Below, in pieces: positions 7,430-15,993 of a stretch of 44,760 bases of DNA; the first letter of the stretch is position 1, and each line of letters begins with the position of its first letter. The DNA lies in contig JBGSRU010000010.1 in NCBI GenBank assembly GCA_041737385.1, positions 1-44,760 on the forward strand, written 5' to 3'. The notes beneath the pieces are model-generated. The model searched no databases. It was not told where the DNA came from and was given only the letters and a program-made list of their open reading frames with translations. Position numbers and translations under genes: made by a program. The DNA comes from Candidatus Saccharimonadales bacterium (GTDB lineage: Bacteria; Patescibacteriota; Saccharimonadia; Saccharimonadales; SZUA-47).

Positions 7430-10400
7430 ATGGCGGCGCGCAACCAGAACCTGAAGGACAGAGATGCACCACTCATTCCTGATGACAATGAACTACAGAA
7501 TATGTACGATACCTCTTATCAAGGGAGGAATACAGATGGCTTAGAGGGTTCTTGGAATACGCCTTTTAATGGCAGAAATACCGATCCTGTTGACGATTTA
7601 GATAACTCTCGGGATACACCGATTCAAGAAAATGATACAGACGACGGTTCAGGCTCACCAGGAAAAGCTGAATTGGCAGCGTCTCTTTCCGACGGAATCT
7701 CTGGCGGGATGAGCAAAGAAGAATCAGCGATCCCAAAAATTAACACAAGCAATCTCACCTCTCCTAAAAAAGGTCTAAGCAAAGTGCTCATAAGAGGTGT
7801 TTCTCGTAAGCGTGGGGCGCAGATTGGAGGAGGTGTTGGTTTAGCGGGCGCTATAACCGCTCTTTTATTTTTAGTGTCATCTTCTTATCTAGTACATCTG
7901 AAAAATCAATTTTTTGGCCCCACAAATCAGTATGAAAATGCAGTTGTAAGCGGCTCACAACGTCGAAGGGTTAATTCGCTTTTTAAAATAGCTAAAAGTG
8001 CATCATTAGAGAACAGCTCAAAGAAAATAGTTACACGCTTGCAGGCTGAAGGCTTTGAAGTAGTTGCCGATGGAGCAATTATAAAGTCTGTAAAAATTGG
8101 TGGAGTTGGCTTAGAAGGAATGGACAAATTATCTGCCAAACAACTCTCTAAGGAGGTAAAAAAGCTCGCGACAAGCAATGATCAATTAGAGCGTGCTTTT
8201 ATTTTAAAAATAGACGACGTTAGCAGGGAGTTTGGACTGCGATTTGGCGGACCAGTTGTACGGCGTAATTATTTTAAACGCTTTCTAGGAGTCTTAACCA
8301 ACTTTAACTGGATACGGGCAAGCAAGGCGGTACAAGCAGCTGGCGATGATGCGGGTACACGCCAATTAGCCATGGCGCTCGGTGAAGCAAAAGGAAATGA
8401 AAAAAGACTGCTAACTCAAACGCTCACCCCCAACGAAGCAGCAAGAGTGTTTGGTGATGAAGGCCTGCCCCCGGGATCTTCTGTTGATGACATAGTTGGT
8501 GCGGCGACGACAGAAGCAGACGACTACGTAAAAAAAATTAGTGATGGAGTGGTGAGCGGATCCGACGAAATTGCAGAGAAAGCAGCGAGAGAAGTAGCTG
8601 AAGATACCGCTAAAGCACTTGCTGGCAGCACAGACGATGAGCTCACGAAAGCATTGCCAGGAATTGCAAAAAGACTCGGCTCTTCAATTGTGAAGAAAAT
8701 TGACGATGTTGTGAAGGGTAGCTTTGATGTAGGTACTCCCTTAAGACAAGCCTGTCGGGTCTCTGGCACTCTGCAATTTATTAAATTTGCTCGCAATGCT
8801 TTACTTTCTGTAGAGCTCGCAAAATTGGGTGTCCGCTTCATGCAGATTGCAGATTCACAACAAGCTGGGCTTGCAGACTCTCAGTCAACCAGCTTAATGG
8901 GGCGTTATTTTTCAGGTGCTGCGGGTTCAAGCGGTTTTCAGTCGTTAGCCGGTAATGTTGCCATAAACCCGGAAAGTATTGCGCGCTGGAGCGTGGGCTT
9001 TGCAAACGTTGGAGTCCTGTCTGTTTTAGCCAACTATGTAGAAAAATTTCCTGGCAATAACTCTGAAAACTGTAAAAAAGTTAACACGCTTGCCTACCAA
9101 GCGGGTGGAACGGTTGCAGGGGGGCTGATAGCGTTTGCTACAGCTGGAACTAGCGTTGCTGCAACACTCGGGCAAACAATTGCTATGACCGTAGTTAACG
9201 AAGTAGTGTTTGCCGTCGGTAAGACAGTCTTGCTTGGAGCCGTATCAGGAGCAATAATAAACGGGTTTGAAGAGCCGGGAGAAGATACCGGAAGTTTACT
9301 TGGCTCGGCACTTGGCTCAATGTCGTCAGGAGCTAATGCCGTGAACGGGGGACTGCTTGGAGGCTCAGACACTTTTGAGCCAGCCAGTGAAGACAGTTCT
9401 GTGTTCCGAACCATAAAAATGAATAATACGAGTATTTTCGATCGCTATGCTAATTTCTCAAACACCAACTCTTTAATCGCACAAGCATCACTATACCTTC
9501 CACAATCCGCCACGGGATATGCAGGCTTTATAAAAAACAGTGTTAGTTTGTCGTCATTTGGATCAATCTTTAGCTCTCCCTTTAAATTAATAACCGGTAA
9601 GTCACAGGCGCAGCTAGACGTACACCCAAGCTGTAACGATGTTTCCGTAGAAAAATATAGATACATAACTGATGGGTTTTGTAATCCTGTACCCTTCTAT
9701 ATCCCCGTACTGGACAACGAAGCGACCAACGATATACTTAAGAGCAACGCACAAATTAGCTCCTCTGGAGATCCGATATCTGGATCAGAGTACGAAAAGT
9801 TCATAGAAAACTGCTTTAGCGGACGCCCCGGTTTAGGTCACCCCCCTGAGTTTAAAGATGATGGTAGCTCAGAGCCTATCGACCCGACATGTATCGTTGG
9901 CGCTGGAGACCCTTATGATGACCCTATAGCAGGCGACGTTCCAGACGAAGAAGGAGAGAAAACTCCATCTAAAAAGGAGCGTTATGCTGCGTTGTATGGG
10001 TACAAGGTTGATGAAGAAAACTTCCTTGCTGATCTGAACAATGATTACGGGTTTGCAAACGAATCCACTGATCTAGTCGCCAATAATAAAGTTTTTGTTC
10101 TGGGAGATTCGTTAACGGTAGGAATGCAAAATCTCGCAGGAACTGATCAAGCCAAAAATTACCTACAGCGAACTTTAAACGAGACTGGATGGAGTGCAAC
10201 GGTTAACGCACAAGGGTGTCGAGCTGTCTATCAGACTCAAGGCCCTATTAATGGCGACGGCAGATCTTGCCCTGGAGAAACGATTGTCGATGGCCTGAGC
10301 GTAATTAACGACCCTAATAATGCGGAAAAAATAAAGTCGAGCGGCACCGTAGTAATCAGTCTCGGCACAAACAGGTATGAAACAGACCCAAATGGTGATA

Positions 10401-11278
10401 CGTCTCCTGATTTTTTTAAACAAAAAGCAGTTGAACTGGTTGAAGCAATCCGACAAAAATCACCAAATGCCCAAATCTATTGGGTCAACCTAGCCTTCAA
10501 TTCATCAACGGATTCAGAGACTTCTAGAAACAGCAAGATAGCTGAGCTCGTCAGGTCAGAAAATATATCTTTATTAGATTGGAAGACAACCGTAACATCA
10601 GCCAATAGCAACTCTAGTACCTCCGATGATATAGGATACGCTGTTTCTGCGAATAATACTGTTGATCTTGTCCACCACGACGCTGATGGGTACAAGAAAA
10701 AGGCTGATTGGCTCATTCAAAGCTTAGGATCTCCACCAAAACCGTCAACTTCAGCAATTAGCAATGGGGGAGAAGCCGCCAGTATTGGTGAGTATAGAAA
10801 CGTCGACATCCAGGTCGACAGAGCAACTGAGTGCACCGGCGTTGAGCAAGCAGGAGCAAAACAAATTCAGTTAGACATAAATACAATGTGGGGGGGTGGA
10901 ACTGGGTCCATTTTAGCTTGTAGAGAAGTTTCAACTGGCGGCGGAAGTCGGAGCGTACACAGTGAAGGAAGAGCAATCGACTCGTTTTTTAACGTTAGTA
11001 CACCTGAAGAGCTCAGGGAAGGGAACCAAGCATTTGGCTGGCTTTTGGCGAATGCGGACAATATTGGCATTCAATACTTGAAGTTTTGGCGAGTACAATG
11101 GTCACCCTCTAGGGGCATAAATTGTGTTAAATCGCGAGACGATCAGTCGGTTCACTCCAACCACCTCCACGCCGAATTGAATTGGTCTGGATCAAATAAA
11201 CAAACCCCTTATTTTACATCAGGAGAGAAGGATGATTTTGCTGTCAATATCGATCAAGGGATTTGTCCGCTGCTATGA
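7430..11278 (+). CDS. Large membrane-anchored T4SS-locus protein with C-terminal SGNH hydrolase and M15/Hedgehog-like Zn peptidase domains
   Basis: Several hydrophobic segments; VLGDSLT..G..LGTN..DLVH (SGNH blocks); SVHSEGRAID..HSNHLH (SxHxxGxAxD + HxH Zn motif). Confidence 0.75.
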   Translation: MAARNQNLKDRDAPLIPDDNELQNMYDTSYQGRNTDGLEGSWNTPFNGRNTDPVDDLDNSRDTPIQENDTDDGSGSPGKAELAASLSDGISGGMSKEESAIPKINTSNLTSPKKGLSKVLIRGVSRKRGAQIGGGVGLAGAITALLFLVSSSYLVHLKNQFFGPTNQYENAVVSGSQRRRVNSLFKIAKSASLENSSKKIVTRLQAEGFEVVADGAIIKSVKIGGVGLEGMDKLSAKQLSKEVKKLATSNDQLERAFILKIDDVSREFGLRFGGPVVRRNYFKRFLGVLTNFNWIRASKAVQAAGDDAGTRQLAMALGEAKGNEKRLLTQTLTPNEAARVFGDEGLPPGSSVDDIVGAATTEADDYVKKISDGVVSGSDEIAEKAAREVAEDTAKALAGSTDDELTKALPGIAKRLGSSIVKKIDDVVKGSFDVGTPLRQACRVSGTLQFIKFARNALLSVELAKLGVRFMQIADSQQAGLADSQSTSLMGRYFSGAAGSSGFQSLAGNVAINPESIARWSVGFANVGVLSVLANYVEKFPGNNSENCKKVNTLAYQAGGTVAGGLIAFATAGTSVAATLGQTIAMTVVNEVVFAVGKTVLLGAVSGAIINGFEEPGEDTGSLLGSALGSMSSGANAVNGGLLGGSDTFEPASEDSSVFRTIKMNNTSIFDRYANFSNTNSLIAQASLYLPQSATGYAGFIKNSVSLSSFGSIFSSPFKLITGKSQAQLDVHPSCNDVSVEKYRYITDGFCNPVPFYIPVLDNEATNDILKSNAQISSSGDPISGSEYEKFIENCFSGRPGLGHPPEFKDDGSSEPIDPTCIVGAGDPYDDPIAGDVPDEEGEKTPSKKERYAALYGYKVDEENFLADLNNDYGFANESTDLVANNKVFVLGDSLTVGMQNLAGTDQAKNYLQRTLNETGWSATVNAQGCRAVYQTQGPINGDGRSCPGETIVDGLSVINDPNNAEKIKSSGTVVISLGTNRYETDPNGDTSPDFFKQKAVELVEAIRQKSPNAQIYWVNLAFNSSTDSETSRNSKIAELVRSENISLLDWKTTVTSANSNSSTSDDIGYAVSANNTVDLVHHDADGYKKKADWLIQSLGSPPKPSTSAISNGGEAASIGEYRNVDIQVDRATECTGVEQAGAKQIQLDINTMWGGGTGSILACREVSTGGGSRSVHSEGRAIDSFFNVSTPEELREGNQAFGWLLANADNIGIQYLKFWRVQWSPSRGINCVKSRDDQSVHSNHLHAELNWSGSNKQTPYFTSGEKDDFAVNIDQGICPLL

Positions 11279-12780
11279 TGCGACATCTAAAAAAATCACT
11301 ATTATTGTTCTTTGTTCTGGCGTACACTTGTATTCCTGTTTCAAATGTAGCAGCTCAAGATGGTGCTAAATATTGTGAAGATCGAGGAATAACAGATTTG
11401 AATGAGTGTACTTCAATACTACGGCGCCAAGGGATAACTTTTGTAGACGTTATTAAAACAGAAGAGCTTTGTAGTACTACTGTCTCTAGCCAGTCAGCCG
11501 GTGGACCCGTTCAGTTTGATAATAATTCAAGTCGAATTGGTTTTGATCCTTTGTCACTAAACTACCCAGCGTTTCCGAACGAGAACGAACTTATACAGAA
11601 TTTGAAAAACTACATACTAGAAAAATATCCTCGGTCTCCTTTCGCTAAAAACCTACAGTATGTAGATCAGATTTTTGCGACCAGCAAGCAGCCTGACAGG
11701 AACATCAACCCCTTGCTCGTAATAGTGATTGCACGACAGGAAAACGGGTTTGGTCAAGCAAATAGTAGTGCCACGCAAAACAACAATTACTTTGGTATTA
11801 CTCAAGGCCCAAGGAGCTATAGGCAGTTTTCTTCTGTTGAAGCAGGAATAGACTACTTTGTAGAAAAAGTGAGCAGACATGTTACAAACCCAACGGGACC
11901 CTATACAGGACTTACTAACTTTTACGAATATCTTTCTATCCATCAAGTTGGGCTAATAGCATATCCAGATGAATATCCGGATAACGCTCCCGGCAAAAAT
12001 TCGACCCCTCCTTACTTAACATATGACGAAAGGATGGACGTATACACTAGCTGGGACGTTACACGAAACAGCCACAGGCCAGGATGGAACTCAGGATCGA
12101 ATCCGTTGCTTTATAATCCGGGAATTTATTATCGAAACGGCATCAATACGATCAACGCACTTACTGGTTTAAATTTATCAACGACACCTGATAGGGGCTC
12201 AGCTAACGCAACATTTGGTTCGTGTGGTGAAATTACCACGCAATCTACCGGGACCGCAGCGAGCTACATTGAAGATTGTAGCGTTAATAATGGAAATGCC
12301 GCCATAGCCTGTACGGCTATAAATCAACTAACGGGGGTCTCATATAGCCAAGCGTTACGTGCAAGCGCTACTGACACGAGCCCAGAGTACTTAGACTGTA
12401 GTGCACTTACTGGAATGGCTATTTATAGAACTTTTGGAGTCGATTTAAAAGGTTTATGTTCTTTAGGCTATCTGACAAATTCGAATTTTGAGATTATTGA
12501 TGTTAAAGATGTTAAGCCGGGTGATTTTGTCGGAAAAGGCACAATATGTGGAGAAAATGATGACGGGATAGCAGGGCATATTGCTATTGTTATTAGCTAT
12601 GACACTATTGAGAAAAAACTTATAACCGTTGAGACGGGTAGTGAAAAGTACTTGTCGGGAATAAGGGGGAATGGAGAAGCTGGAACCTATAATGTTGGAT
12701 TTGCGATTGACGGTAACGGCAATTATACTTGGGCTGTGAGATATATAGGCGAAAAAACACTCCAGCCAGAGGCCCTTTAA
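11275..12780 (+). CDS. Secreted bifunctional peptidoglycan hydrolase (lysozyme/GH73-like + NlpC/P60), VirB1-like role
   Basis: Signal peptide; INPLLVIVIARQENGFG..NNYFGI..YRQFSSVEAGI; LDCSAL..PGD..GHIAIV. Start adjusted to the ATGATG overlapping the upstream TGA. Confidence 0.8.
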   Translation: MMRHLKKSLLLFFVLAYTCIPVSNVAAQDGAKYCEDRGITDLNECTSILRRQGITFVDVIKTEELCSTTVSSQSAGGPVQFDNNSSRIGFDPLSLNYPAFPNENELIQNLKNYILEKYPRSPFAKNLQYVDQIFATSKQPDRNINPLLVIVIARQENGFGQANSSATQNNNYFGITQGPRSYRQFSSVEAGIDYFVEKVSRHVTNPTGPYTGLTNFYEYLSIHQVGLIAYPDEYPDNAPGKNSTPPYLTYDERMDVYTSWDVTRNSHRPGWNSGSNPLLYNPGIYYRNGINTINALTGLNLSTTPDRGSANATFGSCGEITTQSTGTAASYIEDCSVNNGNAAIACTAINQLTGVSYSQALRASATDTSPEYLDCSALTGMAIYRTFGVDLKGLCSLGYLTNSNFEIIDVKDVKPGDFVGKGTICGENDDGIAGHIAIVISYDTIEKKLITVETGSEKYLSGIRGNGEAGTYNVGFAIDGNGNYTWAVRYIGEKTLQPEAL

Positions 12781-13463
12781 TGTTTAGGAAGTACATTGAC
12801 GGTTCTTATCTTAAGCTTGGTGTTGGAGCTTTTCTTATTATTGCGACTGCTTTCTTTCTTTTGTTTTTAGGAACTAGTAACACTACTAACAAAGATACTA
12901 CTGATGGAGAGTTTTTCGCACCAAACGTTGCCGCGTTTCTTTCATACCAAGGTAGGCCTTTTTCGGCAACCGATAGCGTTGTGTCTGAGACCTTTATTAA
13001 AGAAGATTTAGCTGATTTTGCTCGTATAAACTACTCTTCTTACGGCAATGATAATCGCATACCTGTTGAATTTTTAGTTGAAGATTTTTCAAAAGAAGAT
13101 AACCGTATTGTAATTAATGGTAGTTTCGATATGGTTAGTAGTAGAATACAGGTTTTTATAGATCTCCTAAAAAACGACCGTTTAAAACTGTCAATAGTTG
13201 ATTCCACCAAAAATATTCAACAGGATGAAAAACTGACTTCTAACAGCGTAGAGAATCAACTAATTGGTTCTCTACCGATCACTGAAGATGATTATATTAT
13301 TTCCTATGAGCCACCGAGTTTTATTTCAGTTTCAGCAAACTTTCGTGACACTTCGATATTCGAAGCTGCACGGGCTAGGCTAGCAAGCCTAGTTGGCGAA
13401 GAGAATTTATCTAAGCTCGAAATTAGTATTAGCTATCCAACCCCTGGATTTTTAGACGAATAG
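12780..13463 (+). CDS. Hypothetical single-pass membrane protein, last gene of the operon
   Basis: ATG overlaps the upstream TAA (TAATG); N-terminal TM helix. Confidence 0.75.
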   Translation: MFRKYIDGSYLKLGVGAFLIIATAFFLLFLGTSNTTNKDTTDGEFFAPNVAAFLSYQGRPFSATDSVVSETFIKEDLADFARINYSSYGNDNRIPVEFLVEDFSKEDNRIVINGSFDMVSSRIQVFIDLLKNDRLKLSIVDSTKNIQQDEKLTSNSVENQLIGSLPITEDDYIISYEPPSFISVSANFRDTSIFEAARARLASLVGEENLSKLEISISYPTPGFLDE

Positions 13464-13547
13464 CAGTATTTATTATAGTTTCTTTTTTTGTATTTATTCA
13501 TACCCAGTACGCTCGTTTTATTTTTAGCCTGTTGCGGTAATCTGTCT

Positions 13548-14594
13548 TTACAAAGGGATGATGTTGCAGGTTTTATTGAAGTGATCGACGACCACGTCGG
13601 CGTCGGTTGTGGTTATGAATGTCTGGTAGTGTTGTAGCGTCTCAGATAGCGTCCGACGTCTCTTGCCGTCTAGTTCACTGAAGACGTCGTCTAGAAGTAG
13701 TAGTGGTTTTTTACCAGTTTTTTCTTCTAGGAGTTTAAGCTCGGCTATTTTTAATGCCAGTATAATACTGCGTGTTTCGCCCCTTGAGGCGCTTTCGCGG
13801 GCGTCGTTATAATTCAACGTAATTTTTAAGTCATCGCGGTGGGGGCCAATACTACTAAACCCTCTTGCTCTATCTCTAGAAAAGGAGTTTTTGAGTTCTT
13901 TTAGAATAGTATTGGCGTAATTCTCGGTAGCTGTTTTTGATTCATAGATTATTTCAAGTATTTCTTTGTTGCCGCTAACTGATTGATAGTTTTCTGAAAG
14001 TTGTTTTTGTAGTTTATCTACGTAAGCAAGGCGCATGGCTACTATTTTGCCGGCGAGATCTGCCATCTGCACGTCCCATACGAACAGGTGATCTTGAGGG
14101 AGTGTTTCTTGTTTCAGGAGTCTATTGCGCTGTGCAAGTACTCTCCGGTAGTCCTTAAGAATTTTGCTGTAGGTTGGTTCGGTTTGGGACAGTAAGTCAT
14201 CAATATAGGTTCGCCGTCTATCTGGCTCGCGAGATAATAACAGCATATGAGATGGTTCGAACAGCACTATCGGGATTTTATCAGAAGACTGTAGTCGTTT
14301 CTTCTCTACGTCGTCAATTATAAAGGTCTTAGACGATGGTGAGTTCGTTAACTTAATGTTTCGGCTGTGGTTTTCACTATAGGTGCTATCGATACGCCCC
14401 CACTGAGCGTCTCTTAGTATCATATGAGCGTCTTCGCTTTTAAAAGCACTGCCAAGCGCAACCATATATATCGCTTCTAGTAAGTTTGTTTTACCACTCG
14501 CATTCGGGCCTACCACTATATTTACGCCGTCACTAAACTCGAACAACCCACTTTTATATGACCGTATGTTGGTTAATTCAAGTGTTTGTAACAT
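13548..14594 (-). CDS. recF: DNA replication/repair protein RecF
   Basis: NIRSY, GPNASGKTNLLEAI, GPHRDD, ASRGE, LLLDDVFSELD; ATG at 14594 preferred over TTG at 14609. Confidence 0.95.
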   Translation of the reverse strand: MLQTLELTNIRSYKSGLFEFSDGVNIVVGPNASGKTNLLEAIYMVALGSAFKSEDAHMILRDAQWGRIDSTYSENHSRNIKLTNSPSSKTFIIDDVEKKRLQSSDKIPIVLFEPSHMLLLSREPDRRRTYIDDLLSQTEPTYSKILKDYRRVLAQRNRLLKQETLPQDHLFVWDVQMADLAGKIVAMRLAYVDKLQKQLSENYQSVSGNKEILEIIYESKTATENYANTILKELKNSFSRDRARGFSSIGPHRDDLKITLNYNDARESASRGETRSIILALKIAELKLLEEKTGKKPLLLLDDVFSELDGKRRRTLSETLQHYQTFITTTDADVVVDHFNKTCNIIPL

Positions 14595-14602
14595 GGTTTT
14601 AA

Positions 14603-14630
14603 GTATCAACTATCAGATATAAACTATCAA
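14603..14630. repeat. Short 7-nt periodic tract in the dnaN-recF spacer
   Basis: GTATCAA CTATCAG ATATAAA CTATCAA. Confidence 0.6.
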
Positions 14631-14633
14631 GCT

Positions 14634-15725
14634 TTAGCTTTTTACCGGCATAATGACGTGAAGATACGAGCTGTCGTCTGGATCGGTTAACACACAGGGA
14701 TCAAGTTTACCATTCACGTTCACTTGGATAACCGAACCATCAAACGCTTGCAGCGCGTCTAGAATATACCTTGAGTTCATCGTTATTGTGGCGCTACCAG
14801 TCACTTCAGCTTCTGCCTGGGCGGTGTTTTCTCCAACTTGAGAGGCGATAGATGAGATGCTTATTTCTTGTGCTTGCTCGTCGATTTTAAGCGTAATACT
14901 TCCCGCAGCTTCTCTGGCGAACAGGCTAGAGACTTTAGTGATTTCTGCGAGGGCTTGTTTAGTGAGTTTTGCGGTTGTTTCAAACTTTGCGGGTAATAGT
15001 TTTTTGTAATCAGGATAAGCGCCGTCAACAAGTCGAGTAACGATTTCAATATCAGCTACTTTGAAGCGGGCTTGTTGTTCGTCATAGGTTACCTGTACGA
15101 CGTCTGCGTCGTCTTTTAGTGCTCGAAGTAACTCTTGGAGCGAATGGTTAGGGATAAGTAGTCCTAGCTCTCCTGTGTCCTTTTTAAGCGTTTTTTCTGC
15201 GAGTCGGTATGAATCGGTTGCAGCGACGTAAATGCTTTTATTTTCGCTATGTAGGTACACTCCGGTGAGTACCGGACGAGCTTCGTCAGAAGACGCAGCA
15301 AACAATACTTGCTGCAGGGTCTGTTTCATCTCTAGGCTCGAAAATTCTATGGTTGCACCACCATCTATTGTTGGCATAACCGGGAATTCTTCCGCAGAAA
15401 CGCCATTAATTGTTGAATGAAACCTATCTGCATTTAGTTGCAGTTTGTTTTCACTCACATCTAGTTCTAGGTTGCCGGAGGGAAGACTGCTGATAAAATC
15501 TTGCATAAGTCTAGCTGGAACAGTTAGCGTACCTGGCTCAGCTATCTTGGCGCCGATGGTTTCTGATATGGCAATATCTAGGTTTGTCGCTGCAACAATC
15601 AGTCTGTTTCCTTCAGTTTTTAATAATACATTCGAAAGTATTGGTAACGATGTACGCGAGCTTGCGACTCGTGAAACGGTAGATAGTGCTCTACTTAAGT
15701 TTTCCTGGGTTACGGTTAGTTTCAT
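14634..15725 (-). CDS. dnaN: DNA polymerase III beta clamp
   Basis: LPILSNVLL, ATNLD, RPVLTGV, ATDSYRL, YPDY, C-terminal VIMPVK. Confidence 0.98.
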   Translation of the reverse strand: MKLTVTQENLSRALSTVSRVASSRTSLPILSNVLLKTEGNRLIVAATNLDIAISETIGAKIAEPGTLTVPARLMQDFISSLPSGNLELDVSENKLQLNADRFHSTINGVSAEEFPVMPTIDGGATIEFSSLEMKQTLQQVLFAASSDEARPVLTGVYLHSENKSIYVAATDSYRLAEKTLKKDTGELGLLIPNHSLQELLRALKDDADVVQVTYDEQQARFKVADIEIVTRLVDGAYPDYKKLLPAKFETTAKLTKQALAEITKVSSLFAREAAGSITLKIDEQAQEISISSIASQVGENTAQAEAEVTGSATITMNSRYILDALQAFDGSVIQVNVNGKLDPCVLTDPDDSSYLHVIMPVKS

Positions 15726-15754
15726 GATTTATGGGCTCCTTGTCTTTCTTGTTT

Positions 15755-15990
15755 CTTAATAGTATTTAAAAGTAGTAGTAGTTATAGACCGTGTGGATAG
15801 TGGGTATAACCCTACACTAACAGATGTAATAATACGTGACACTGTGTGCACAAGTATGCGGGTTAGCCTGCGGAAAGATTGTGGGCGAAGGATACGTGTA
15901 TAAGTTTGTAGTGGGACAACTATACACGTATTAGCATGATATGCACACGATGAAAAAATGTTTCCCATAGTTTTCCCATACTTATCCTCA
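15755..15990. other. oriC: oriC unwinding region (dnaA-dnaN spacer): AT-rich tract, DnaA-trios, DnaA boxes
   Basis: TAGTAGTAG 15773-15781 next to GACCG and tandem boxes TGTGGATAG (15792-15800) and TGGGTATAA (15801-15809); more degenerate boxes up to ~15990. Confidence 0.8.
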
Positions 15991-15993
15991 GCT

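Noticed and set aside
3038-13463. ICE or conjugative plasmid call
   Set aside because: No integrase, relaxase or att repeats seen and the locus abuts core oriC genes; upstream sequence is unseen, so this is not fully excluded.
13464-13547. Intrinsic terminator between the T4SS operon and recF
   Set aside because: T-rich, but no convincing GC stem found.
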